Positions 1-9,046 of a stretch of DNA of 64,000 bases are shown here, piece by piece. The DNA comes from an uncultured delta proteobacterium. Lineage in GTDB: Bacteria > Myxococcota_A > Polyangia > Polyangiales > B10-G4. The notes below the pieces were generated by a model. The model worked only from the letters and a program-made list of their open reading frames with translations. It ran no database searches and was not told the DNA's origin. The stretch spans positions 320,001 to 384,000 of the forward strand of contig CAVSGI010000021.1 of NCBI GenBank assembly GCA_963727445.1, written 5' to 3'. How positions within the stretch are numbered: the first letter of the stretch is position 1; the number at the start of each line of letters is the position of its first letter. Both the position numbers and the translations under genes were made by a program.

Positions 1-1940
1 GACAGCGAATCTCCCTGGATTGCGCTCATGTCGTCGGGGACGATGCCGCCGCCGCCCGTCACGTGCTCGTCCAGGAGCTCCCGAATCCGCGCGATGCGAT
101 CGCCGTCGTTGAAGTCCCAGCCGATGTAGTGGTCGTCGTCGAAGGGATTGCCGTCGCTGATCGTCCCGACCCCGTCGTTGTTGGCGGTGGCGATGTATCC
201 GTCGGCGGGGTTCAGTGCGTGGGGCAGGTAGCGATCGGAGAGGAAGTCGATCCACTCGTACTCCCCCGTGCCGGGGAGCACGAAGCAGGGCGCGTAGCCC
301 ATCTGGGTGTCGGGGTCGTAGGTCATGGCCCGGGCGTCGCGCACCGGGAGGTGGACCTGCGTCGACCAGAAGATGTCGCCTTCCCGAGTGATGGAGACCA
401 GGTTCTGACCTCCGACCCCGAAGTTCTCGTAGGCCGCCTCGATGTCGGCGACGTTTTCGGCCTTCGCCATCTCGAGGAAGGCGCGGATCTCGTTGGTGGG
501 CTCGTAGCCGGTCCACTTCACGCTGATCGCCGAGGTGGGAGTGCGCGTGTCCGGGATGATCCAGCGCGGCCCGCCGACGCCATCGGCGTGCTCGATGTAC
601 TCGAAGGTCACGTCCATCGAAGAGCCGTCGCTGACCATGATGGTCTCGGTGACGGTCTGGATGGGGACCTGCATCCCCTTGTAGAGGACGGTGTCCGGCC
701 CGCCCGACACCTCGGTGATCTCCTCGAGGTAGACGTCCGTCACGTCGAAGCCGTGGGTGGTGAGCCCCCATGCGACCTTGCCGTTGTAGCCGAGCAGGAC
801 CGCCGGGGTCCCCGCCAGGGCGAGGCCCTGCACGTCGATGTCGCCGCCGGCGCGCATCGTGTTCACGTGCACCATCCAGAACAGGGGCGGGCTGTCGAGG
901 CTGAGGTGGGGATCGTTCCCGAGGATGGGGTTGCCCGAGGCCGTCTGATCACCGGAGACCACCCAGCTGTTTGAGCCACGCGTTTCGTCGCCGAAGAGGC
1001 GCTGAAAGCGCGACTCGAAGCGCTCGGCGAAGCGGCTCGCGGCCGCGAGCTGGGCGCGGGAGGGGCTCGGCATGCGCGTCGTCGGCGCCGCTCGTGGGCG
1101 GACGATGGCGCGGGTGCCGGTGTCGGTCCCGACATTCGGGAAACCGTCGCGGGTGTAGACGTCGAAGATCGGCGCGAAGGGCACGAAGTCGTGGAGGGAG
1201 CCGGCGCGGGCGGCGATCACCGGATCTGCGTCACCCGCGGGGAAGGTGGTCTCGATGGCATCCCGGAGCTCGGTGAAGCGGATGTCGGTGCGCAGATCGA
1301 AGGAGAGCTCGGCGGACTGGAGGCGCGCGATGGCCAGGGTGTCGACGTTCGACCAGTCGTCGAGACGGTTGCCGAAGAGGCGGTAGGTGTTGGAGACGCC
1401 GCGCGGCAGAGACGCGTCCCCCTCGCGCACCGACTGGAGATAGGTGTTGACGCCCGCCGTGAAAGCGTCGAGGAGCGCGATCTCCTCCGGCGTCAGTGTG
1501 TCGAGGAGCTGGGTCGCGACGCGCGCGTAGCCAGCGAAGCGCGCCTGGATGTCGTCGTCGACCTGCGTCGGGTCGAGGCCGCCGGCGAGCTCCGCCCGGC
1601 GCCCGGTCGCCGCGCGCCGGAGCAGGTCCATCTGGCCCCAACGATCGCGCGCCATGAGGTAGCCCTGCGCGCGAAAGGCGTCGTCGAGACCCTCGGCGTA
1701 GATGTGCCACATCCCCCGCGCGTCCTGCACCGCGCTGACGCTCGCCGCCATGCCGTCGATGGACAGCTCCTCTTCGGGGGCGATCTCCTCGATGGTGGTC
1801 GGCGGACCGCTGTCCACCATCGCGTCCATCATCGCGTCCCCGCCATCGGTGCCGGTGTCACCTGGCCCTTCGTCGTCGCCGCACGCGGCCAACGCCAGAA
1901 CGAGCAGTGCCAAGACGGTCTGTTGCGCAATCGAAGTCAT
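1..1940 (-). CDS. Penicillin acylase family (Ntn-hydrolase) lipoprotein, 3' end runs off the window
   Basis: Not in the ORF track. Manual minus-strand translation from ATG 1940 (GGAGG upstream) gives MTSIAQQTVLALLVLALAAC (lipobox), DARGMWHIYA, AQGYLMARDRWGQMDLLRR and the beta-chain start GSNSWVVSGDQTASGNPILGNDPHL. Confidence 0.9.
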   Translation of the reverse strand, partial: MTSIAQQTVLALLVLALAACGDDEGPGDTGTDGGDAMMDAMVDSGPPTTIEEIAPEEELSIDGMAASVSAVQDARGMWHIYAEGLDDAFRAQGYLMARDRWGQMDLLRRAATGRRAELAGGLDPTQVDDDIQARFAGYARVATQLLDTLTPEEIALLDAFTAGVNTYLQSVREGDASLPRGVSNTYRLFGNRLDDWSNVDTLAIARLQSAELSFDLRTDIRFTELRDAIETTFPAGDADPVIAARAGSLHDFVPFAPIFDVYTRDGFPNVGTDTGTRAIVRPRAAPTTRMPSPSRAQLAAASRFAERFESRFQRLFGDETRGSNSWVVSGDQTASGNPILGNDPHLSLDSPPLFWMVHVNTMRAGGDIDVQGLALAGTPAVLLGYNGKVAWGLTTHGFDVTDVYLEEITEVSGGPDTVLYKGMQVPIQTVTETIMVSDGSSMDVTFEYIEHADGVGGPRWIIPDTRTPTSAISVKWTGYEPTNEIRAFLEMAKAENVADIEAAYENFGVGGQNLVSITREGDIFWSTQVHLPVRDARAMTYDPDTQMGYAPCFVLPGTGEYEWIDFLSDRYLPHALNPADGYIATANNDGVGTISDGNPFDDDHYIGWDFNDGDRIARIRELLDEHVTGGGGIVPDDMSAIQGDSL

Positions 1941-2060
1941 GAAGGCCTCCGGAGGCGACTCTCATAGGGGATGGCAGGACCGGGCTCAAGTGAGGCCCCT
2001 ACAAAGGGCCCTCGGAACGGGTTTCTCTGAGGGGCCCAGGCCCCGTATAGTCCGGCCGCT

Positions 2061-3446
2061 TTGGAACGCTTTCGCCGGGCCCGCCTGCCCCTGGCCATCT
2101 ACGTGGCCTGCGCCGTGGTGTACGTCCTCTTTCTGGGGGACCGCGCCGCCCGTCCCAGCCCGGGGAACCCCGCCCGCGACAACCACTTCGTCTTTTTGGC
2201 CCAGAGCTACCTCCACGGGCAGCTCCACGTAGTCGGCAACCGCCCGCCCGGGACCAACGACTGGGCCTGCTACGACGCGGTGGAGCACGGCCCCTGTCCG
2301 GCGAACAGGCACCAGTTTCCGGAGCACCTGCAGGACCGCTACCGCTGGTACGTGAGCTTTCCGCCGCTCCCCGCGGTGGTGATCCTCCCGGTGGTCGCCG
2401 TGATGGGGGACCAGACGCCGGACGCCCTCTTCTGGGCGCTCCTCGCCGGGCTCGGTCCCGCGCTCCTCTTCGTCCTCCTCCGCTACTTGAGCGAATCGGG
2501 GCGCACCGAAAGGACCACGCGCGACAACCTCGCGCTCACCGCGCTCTTCGCCTTCGGGTCGGTCTACTTCTACACGGCGGTGCAGGGGACCGTGTGGTTC
2601 TCCGCGCACGTGGTCGCGGTGCCGCTGCTGGTGCTCTACGTCTTGTGGAGTCTCGAGGCGCGAAAGCCGGCGCTCGCCGGCTTGATGCTCGGCCTCGCCT
2701 TCATGACCCGGCCGACGACCGCGTTCCTCGTTCCCTTCTTCGCCATCGAAGCGATGGCGCTCACCCGCACCGACGAAGCGCCGCCGGTCGATCCCGAAAA
2801 GGGTCTGCTCCGGCGCGTGCACCAGTGGCTCGCCGGCGTGCGCTTCCGCGAGCTCATCGTGCCCTACGCCAAGTTTGCGGCGCCCATCCTGGTCATCGGC
2901 GCCATCGCGATGTGGATGAACGAAGCGCGCTTCGAGGATCCCTTCGAGTTCGGGCACCGCTACCTGCAGATCCGCTGGCGCCCGCGCATCGAGCGTTGGG
3001 GCCTGTTCAACTATCACTACCTCGGCAAGAACCTCGCGGTCTTCCTGGCCGCGCTCCCCTGGCTCACCGCCAACGAGCCCTTCTTGAAGATCAGCCGGCA
3101 TGGCCTCGCGCTCTGGGTGACGACCCCGCAGCTGCTCACCGCGCTGTGGCCCAAGAAGACGAACACGACCATGGTCGCGATGTTCATCTCCGCGGGCATC
3201 GTGGCGCTCTTGAACCTCTGCTACCAGAACAGCGGTTGGGTTCAGTTCGGCTACCGCTTCAGCCTGGACTACGCGGTCATGCTCTGGGCGCTCCTCGCCA
3301 TGGGCGGACGCCGCTTCGGTGCGGGCTTCTATCTGCTCCTGATCTGGGCCATCGCCATCAACGCATTCGGTGCGATCACCTTCGATCGGGCCGGCATGTT
3401 CTACGATGGCGATCCCACGCAAAACGTGATCTTCCATCCCGATTGA
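2061..3446 (+). CDS. Polytopic membrane protein, possible GT-C-type glycosyltransferase
   Basis: 461 aa ORF with about 10 hydrophobic segments and C-terminal GWVQFGYRFSLDY motif. The function is inferred. Confidence 0.65.
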   Translation: MERFRRARLPLAIYVACAVVYVLFLGDRAARPSPGNPARDNHFVFLAQSYLHGQLHVVGNRPPGTNDWACYDAVEHGPCPANRHQFPEHLQDRYRWYVSFPPLPAVVILPVVAVMGDQTPDALFWALLAGLGPALLFVLLRYLSESGRTERTTRDNLALTALFAFGSVYFYTAVQGTVWFSAHVVAVPLLVLYVLWSLEARKPALAGLMLGLAFMTRPTTAFLVPFFAIEAMALTRTDEAPPVDPEKGLLRRVHQWLAGVRFRELIVPYAKFAAPILVIGAIAMWMNEARFEDPFEFGHRYLQIRWRPRIERWGLFNYHYLGKNLAVFLAALPWLTANEPFLKISRHGLALWVTTPQLLTALWPKKTNTTMVAMFISAGIVALLNLCYQNSGWVQFGYRFSLDYAVMLWALLAMGGRRFGAGFYLLLIWAIAINAFGAITFDRAGMFYDGDPTQNVIFHPD

Positions 3447-3660
3447 AGCGCCGCCGGGTTCCACGTCGATTAAGTGGGAATTAAGTTCCCTGCGATCGGG
3501 GGGGGCTAGCTTCCCGCGCGATGATGACTTCCCCCGAAGCCCGAATCGCCATCGCGATCCCTTCCTTCGCTTCCGCGTAGACGATCGCGCCAATCCACGC
3601 GTGAAAACGCGGGCTTTCTTCTCTCATGTTCGCCGCTCGGCGGTGATACCCTTTGAGGAC

Positions 3661-4434
3661 ATGAGGGGCAGACTGCTCGCGAGCGCGTTCGTCTTTCTTC
3701 TCCTGTCGGGGCTGACCACTTCGGCCCTCGCGCAGGAGACCGATCCGGAGGCGGAGGACACGGCGCGCGCGCGGACCCTCTTCTCCGAAGGGATCGCGCT
3801 CGCGGCGGACGAGCAGTTCGCGGACGCGGCGGACCACTTCCGCGCGGCCTACGCGATCCACCCCACGCCCGCCATCGCCTACAACCTCGCCGCCGCGCTG
3901 GTGAAGCTCGATCTGCTCCTCGAAGCGTCGGAGCTGGTGCGCAGCGTGCTGGGCGACTCCGAGAGCCCCGCTCAGGTGCGGCAGTTGGCCGAGGGCCTGA
4001 GGCCGCAGATCGAGGAGCGCATGGCCCGTCTGACCGTCTCGGTCGACGGCGACCTCGCCGGCGCGGAGGTCCAGGTGGATCGACGCACGATGCGGGAGGG
4101 GGAGCTTGGAGTCGCTTTCCCGATGGATCCGGGCGACCACGTGGTGACGGCCACCCGTGAGGGGGACGTGCTCGAGGAGCAGGCCGTGACGCTCGACGTC
4201 GGCGGCAGCGCCGAGGTGACGCTGGCGGCGTCGACCTGGCCCGCGCCGGTGCAGGAGCAAATCACCGTTGAGCCTCCGGCCGAGGAGCCGAGCCCGCCTT
4301 TCTACTCCACGTGGTGGTTCTGGACGATCGTCGGCGTGGCGGTCGCCGGCGCGGCGGTCGCCATCGTCTTCGCCGCGAGCGGTACCGAGGACGCCGTCGC
4401 CGGCAACGCGAACCCGGGTGTGATCACGTTCTGA
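3661..4434 (+). CDS. Secreted TPR + PEGA-like protein with C-terminal membrane anchor
   Basis: Signal peptide, TPR-like ARTLFSEG...AYAIHPTPAIAYNLA, PEGA-like MDPGDHVVTA, and anchor PFYSTWWFWTIVGVAVAG. Start placed at ATG 3661. Confidence 0.8.
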   Translation: MRGRLLASAFVFLLLSGLTTSALAQETDPEAEDTARARTLFSEGIALAADEQFADAADHFRAAYAIHPTPAIAYNLAAALVKLDLLLEASELVRSVLGDSESPAQVRQLAEGLRPQIEERMARLTVSVDGDLAGAEVQVDRRTMREGELGVAFPMDPGDHVVTATREGDVLEEQAVTLDVGGSAEVTLAASTWPAPVQEQITVEPPAEEPSPPFYSTWWFWTIVGVAVAGAAVAIVFAASGTEDAVAGNANPGVITF

Positions 4435-5726
4435 TGAAGAGGCTCGCGACAGCGGCGATGTTGGCCCTCTTCGTAGGCACGGTCGGGTGCACCTCGCCCC
4501 GTACGGAGCTCATCGTCGTCGTCGACACCGACCTCTCCGTGCCCGACGCGCTGGACCGCATCGTCTTCGAGATCGTCGGGCCCGAGGGGCAGATGGCCAC
4601 CGCAGCGGCCGACCCTGCCGCGGGCTTGCCGGCCTACCTGGGCGTGGTCCACACCGAAGGGGCGCTCTCCCCGGTGGAGGTCCGGGTCACGGGACGCATC
4701 GGCGGCAGCGACATCGTGGAGCGGCGGGCCCGGACCGCTTTCCAGCAGGACCGCACCCTCGTCCTCACCATGAACCTCCTCGGCTCGTGTGCGGGCGCGA
4801 TGTCGGTGTGCTCCGCGGTGGAGACCTGCGCCGAGTCGGGGTGCCGCCCCGTGGACGTGGACGACGGCGAGCTCAGCGAGTGGAACGGGTCGGCGCCCGT
4901 TCACATGGACGGCGGCGTTCCCACCGATGGCGCGATGGACGCACCGATGGGCAGCCCGGAGGTCTGTAACGGCGAGGACGACGACCTGGACATGATGGTC
5001 GACGAGGACTTCGACCTGAGCACCGACCGGGAAAACTGCGGCTCCTGTGGGAACGCGTGCACGGACCCGACGCCGGTCTGCGAGGCGGGGATGTGCGCCA
5101 TCGGCGCCTGCGGCGGCTCGCTGGTGGATTGCGACATGGACGCCACGAACGGCTGCGAGGCGGATACCACCAGCGACGACGCGAACTGCGGCAGCTGCGG
5201 AAACGCTTGCGGGATGGGAACCAGCTGCATGGCGGGGACGTGCGCGTGTCCGTCACCGTTCGGACTCGGCAGCTCGGGTTGCACCGATCTGTCGCGCGAC
5301 CCGCTGAACTGCGGCTCCTCGGGCAACGTCTGCGCCGGCGGCCAGGCGTGCATCGGCGGGAGCTGCGTCTGCCGACCCGGGCTGACGGATGCCGGCGGCA
5401 CCTGCGTCAACCTGCTCACGGATGTCGCGAATTGCGGCGCGGTCGGCAACGCTTGCAGCGGCAGCCAGAACTGCCGCGACGGATCGTGCGCACCCAGCTG
5501 CGGCAGCGCCGACATCTGCGATCGTGGGTGCGTGGACCTGGACATCGACGTGCTGAACTGCGGCGCCTGTGCGACGGCCTGCGCCTCGAACGAGCTCTGC
5601 GAGGCGGGGTCCTGCGTGCCCTACACCCTCGAGTACACCTGCGATCGTTGCCCTTGCGCCGGCTGCGCCACCGGTGGCTGCCGTCGCTATCCGGATGCCG
5701 GGCAGATCGTCTGCACCCCGGGTTGA
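4434..5726 (+). CDS. Cys-rich repeat lipoprotein (D-x-x-NCG-x-CG-x-x-C repeats)
   Basis: ATG overlaps the upstream TGA. Lipobox TVGC, TELIVVVDTDL N-domain, EVCNGEDDDLDMMVDE motif and five NCG-type repeats. Confidence 0.85.
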   Translation: MKRLATAAMLALFVGTVGCTSPRTELIVVVDTDLSVPDALDRIVFEIVGPEGQMATAAADPAAGLPAYLGVVHTEGALSPVEVRVTGRIGGSDIVERRARTAFQQDRTLVLTMNLLGSCAGAMSVCSAVETCAESGCRPVDVDDGELSEWNGSAPVHMDGGVPTDGAMDAPMGSPEVCNGEDDDLDMMVDEDFDLSTDRENCGSCGNACTDPTPVCEAGMCAIGACGGSLVDCDMDATNGCEADTTSDDANCGSCGNACGMGTSCMAGTCACPSPFGLGSSGCTDLSRDPLNCGSSGNVCAGGQACIGGSCVCRPGLTDAGGTCVNLLTDVANCGAVGNACSGSQNCRDGSCAPSCGSADICDRGCVDLDIDVLNCGACATACASNELCEAGSCVPYTLEYTCDRCPCAGCATGGCRRYPDAGQIVCTPG

Positions 5727-5733
5727 GGGCGAT

Positions 5734-6636
5734 TCAGCGAAACGGGCTCCCTTTCCCCGAGACCAACGTCCGCGCCAGCGCGCTGGCGGGACCTTTCACC
5801 AGGTGAAAAGAGTGGAGCGTCGGGTCGTCGTGCTCGACCTGCACACGCATCAGCGTTTGCTGTGCCTCGGCGCGCCGTCCTTCGGCGGCGAAGGCGTGGG
5901 CCTCGGCGACGGCGCGCTCGAGGGCGTAGCGCTCGTCGGCGATCCACGAAGCGAGGGCCTTTGCTTCTCGGCGTCGGCCCACCGCAGCCGCCGTGATCGC
6001 GTCGATGGCCAGACGCCATTCCTCCCACGGGCCGTCGAGGCTCCCCTCGATTCCGTCGAGAACGTTGCGCGCGTCGTCCATCTGTCCGAGGTGCATGTGG
6101 GACAGGGCGCCGTACACGGCCAGGTAGCGGGACCCGCGCGCGTTGATTCGGTCGTAGCGCGCGTCGTCGAGGAGCTCGAGCAGCTCTTCGTGCAGCGACG
6201 CGCGGCACAGCGTATCCACCGTGTCGAGGAGCGTGTGCGCGTATCGCTCGTGATCGGTGCTCTGCTCGGCCACCCGAAGCCTTCGGAAAAGCGTCACGAG
6301 CGCACGCGGCCCGTCGGCCGAGCCGAGCCGGGCGACGAGGCGCGCCTTTCTCGCCGGGCCCACCACGTCGGGGAGCACCTTGATCACGACGCACCAGGCG
6401 AAGAGCGCGCCGATGGTGCCGCCGAGCGCAGAGAAGCCCTCGAGAGGCAGGGAGAAGAAGCGATGGGCGAAGGGGCCGAGCGCCAGGCCGAGGGTGGTGG
6501 AGGCGGCGAGGCCGAACGTGACCCGGCTGTCGGGGGGCGCGCCCCAGAGGCGTCGGGCCCAGACGTTCAGCGCGGCGAGCGCAGGGCCGGTGAGGCCGAT
6601 GGCGAGGAGGCAGAGGAGCGTGCCGAGCACGCTCAT
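5734..6636 (-). CDS. Membrane protein with C-terminal TPR-like helical domain
   Basis: 300 aa, three N-terminal hydrophobic segments, C-terminal GPASALART shared with the neighbouring gene. Confidence 0.7.
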   Translation of the reverse strand: MSVLGTLLCLLAIGLTGPALAALNVWARRLWGAPPDSRVTFGLAASTTLGLALGPFAHRFFSLPLEGFSALGGTIGALFAWCVVIKVLPDVVGPARKARLVARLGSADGPRALVTLFRRLRVAEQSTDHERYAHTLLDTVDTLCRASLHEELLELLDDARYDRINARGSRYLAVYGALSHMHLGQMDDARNVLDGIEGSLDGPWEEWRLAIDAITAAAVGRRREAKALASWIADERYALERAVAEAHAFAAEGRRAEAQQTLMRVQVEHDDPTLHSFHLVKGPASALARTLVSGKGSPFR

Positions 6637-6726
6637 GTTCCCGCTCCTGCTGCCCCGATGCGCTTCGTCGAAGGATCGCTCGGGGGTACTGCCATGACAT
6701 CACGTTAGGTGGCGAAAAGCGGTCGG

Positions 6727-7620
6727 TCAATCGGCTTCGCCCGCCATCGTCCGTGCCAGGCCGCTGGCGGGGCCTTCGGGGGTGAGGGCTTGATCCAGCC
6801 CCCCTTCTCCCAACCTCTCCAAGAGGCCTTGGAGCTCTGCCCGGGCTTCTTCTTCTCTTCCGAGGGCGGCCAGCGCATGGGCGCGAACCAGATGGCAGGA
6901 TGCGGCGAAGGAGGGGTCGGCGTCTTCGCTCGGTGCCTCGGTCGCGGACAAGGCCTGCTCCGGTGTATCCCCGAGGGCATCGAGGAGGGCCTCGAGGGTG
7001 CGTATCCACGCTTCGACCGAAGGGTCCGCGGCGGGGCGGTCGAGCCCATCGAGGGCCTGTCGGGCACCCTCTAGGTCACCGAGGCGCACTCGGCACGTCG
7101 ACAGCGCCTGCGCGACCAACGCCCTCGAGTGTGGTGAGAGGCTGTCTTCGGGGATGCGCTCCAAGAGGGTGCGCGCGTAGTCGAAGAGCGCGACCTGGCT
7201 CGCTGCGCCGACGACCACCAGCGCGGTCTCGGCGTAGAGGTTCCATCCCTTCTTCGCCAGCCTCTCGAGGTTTTCGTCGATGGTCTCGCGCGCCCGATCG
7301 CGCGTCGTGGGATCGGTCAGTCGCATGGCGAGGAGCAAGGTGCCGCGCGCGTGGCGACCACGCCGCGCGCGAAGCCAGGTGAGGGTCGCCATGAATGTCC
7401 CACCGACGACCGCGCCGAGGACACCGCGCGTCGGGCCCCCCGCGGCGGCGCATCCTTCGACGATCGCCCCGATGAGGAAGGTCCCGAGGGACGTGACCAT
7501 CGCCGAGCGCAGGACGGTGCGCGTCGGCAACAGGCCGAAGGGCACGCGCCACGCGAAAGCCAGGGACAGCGGTGCGGCCAGGCCGAGGACGACGGCCGTG
7601 ACGGCGACCGGCAGGAGCAC
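6727..7620 (-). CDS. Membrane protein with C-terminal TPR-like helical domain (paralog of 5734-6636)
   Basis: 297 aa, three hydrophobic segments, AHALAALGR and C-terminal GPASGLART. Confidence 0.7.
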   Translation of the reverse strand: MLLPVAVTAVVLGLAAPLSLAFAWRVPFGLLPTRTVLRSAMVTSLGTFLIGAIVEGCAAAGGPTRGVLGAVVGGTFMATLTWLRARRGRHARGTLLLAMRLTDPTTRDRARETIDENLERLAKKGWNLYAETALVVVGAASQVALFDYARTLLERIPEDSLSPHSRALVAQALSTCRVRLGDLEGARQALDGLDRPAADPSVEAWIRTLEALLDALGDTPEQALSATEAPSEDADPSFAASCHLVRAHALAALGREEEARAELQGLLERLGEGGLDQALTPEGPASGLARTMAGEAD

Positions 7621-7626
7621 GACGAG

Positions 7627-8250
7627 TCAGTTCATGCCGCGGCGCTGCATGCCCATCATGCTCGCGCTGTCGCGGTTCACGCGCTCGCGCTCCGCGATGC
7701 GCTCGCGGACCGCGACGTACTCCTCGGCCTGCTGCCGCTGGGCGTCGATGGCGTTGATTCGCTCGCGGCCGATCTCGGGGCTCGCGACCTGACGGTGCGC
7801 GTCGGCGAACTCGACGAAGGTCTGCCACGCCTCGCGCGCCGCCTCGAGCTCTCCCTCGGTGCGCTCGAGGGTCTCCGCCATGCCCTGCAGGCACCGCGCG
7901 CGCTGCCGGTCGTCGTTGGTCTGTCCGGCGAATTGGACGCAGGAGCGGAAACGCTCGAGGGCCTGGGGGAGGTTGTCCTGGATGCGATCGATCTCGCCGG
8001 CGATGTAGAAGGCGAAGGGGTTCGAGGGCTCGATCTGGAAGGCCTCGCTGAGCACCTCGCGCGCCGCGTCGTAGTCGCGGTTCTTGGCGCGCCGGATCGC
8101 GTCCTGGACCTTCAACGTGTACTCGGAGGCGTGCGGCGGCTCTGCCGCAGGGCTCTCCGACTCGTCGTCGCCCTCTTGTGCGAGGACCGAGAGCGCCGGC
8201 ACGGCGAGCAAGAGCAGGAGCGTGGCGAGGGCGAGCCTGGACGAACGCAT
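7627..8250 (-). CDS. Secreted tetratricopeptide repeat protein
   Basis: Signal peptide, TPR-like AREVLSEAFQIEPSNPFAFYIAGEI. Confidence 0.8.
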   Translation of the reverse strand: MRSSRLALATLLLLLAVPALSVLAQEGDDESESPAAEPPHASEYTLKVQDAIRRAKNRDYDAAREVLSEAFQIEPSNPFAFYIAGEIDRIQDNLPQALERFRSCVQFAGQTNDDRQRARCLQGMAETLERTEGELEAAREAWQTFVEFADAHRQVASPEIGRERINAIDAQRQQAEEYVAVRERIAERERVNRDSASMMGMQRRGMN

Positions 8251-8302
8251 GGGCGCATCCTACCCCAGGTCGGGGCGGGAGGGAAAAGCGCGACCTCGGC
8301 CT

Positions 8303-8965
8303 TCAGGTGGGGTTCTGCGGCAGCACGAGGGCGCTGCGGAAGGCGTAGTAATAGCGCAGGACGCGCTGAACGTAGCGTCGCGTCTCGGCGTAGGGCGGAA
8401 CCCCGCGGTAACGGACGACCGCGCCTTCACCGGCGTTGTAGGCCGCGATGGTCAGCACCAGGTCGCCGTTGAACTTGTTCGCGAGGACCCGCAGGTAGCG
8501 CGCGCCACCCAGGATGTTCTGGCGCGGGTCGAAGGGATCGCGAACGCCCATGGACGAGGCGGTGCGCGGCATGAGCTGCATCAGCCCCATCGCGCCCGCG
8601 TGGGAGACGACCTCCGGGCTGAAGTCGCTCTCGACGCGCATCACGGCCCGGATGAAGGACTCCGGGAGCTGGTAGAGGTTCGCGGCTTCGCGGATGTGAT
8701 GGTCGTAGCGAACGTAGCGGTCGGGCGAAGTGTCGCGCGCGCGCACCCGGTCTCGGCTCGCGTTGGGCCGGGCGGGGCCCGGACGGTCGCCGCGGATGAT
8801 CAGTCGGCAGCCGCGTCCCGCCGCTCCCGATGGACGCACGTTGGTGAAATGCACCTCGCCGTCGGGACCCCGGCATTGGTAGATGTCGGCGCGGGCCGGG
8901 GCGGCCGTGGACGCGAGGAGCGCGACCGCCGCGACCCAGAGCCACGCTTTTCGGCCGAAAACCAT
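8303..8965 (-). CDS. Lytic transglycosylase (SLT domain) with DUF4124-like N-terminus
   Basis: AVMRVESDF, GAMGLMQLMP, AAYNAGEGAV, PPYAETRRYV motifs, and ADIYQCRGPDGEVHFTN at the N-terminus. Start placed at ATG 8965. Confidence 0.92.
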   Translation of the reverse strand: MVFGRKAWLWVAAVALLASTAAPARADIYQCRGPDGEVHFTNVRPSGAAGRGCRLIIRGDRPGPARPNASRDRVRARDTSPDRYVRYDHHIREAANLYQLPESFIRAVMRVESDFSPEVVSHAGAMGLMQLMPRTASSMGVRDPFDPRQNILGGARYLRVLANKFNGDLVLTIAAYNAGEGAVVRYRGVPPYAETRRYVQRVLRYYYAFRSALVLPQNPT

Positions 8966-9046
8966 CTGGCTGCATTGTAGGGCGCTTGCGCCATCAGCGC
9001 CAAAAGCCGGCCACATCCGCCCTGCCGGCGGCTATCCTCCACCGCC

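Noticed and set aside
3457..3475. parS-like half site GTTCCACGT (also TTTCCACGT near 58165)
   Set aside because: The right half does not complete the GTTCCACGTGGAAC palindrome at either site.
3481..3627. Small minus-strand ORF in the 3446-3661 gap
   Set aside because: It is the tail of an antisense shadow ORF, with no RBS or recognisable features.
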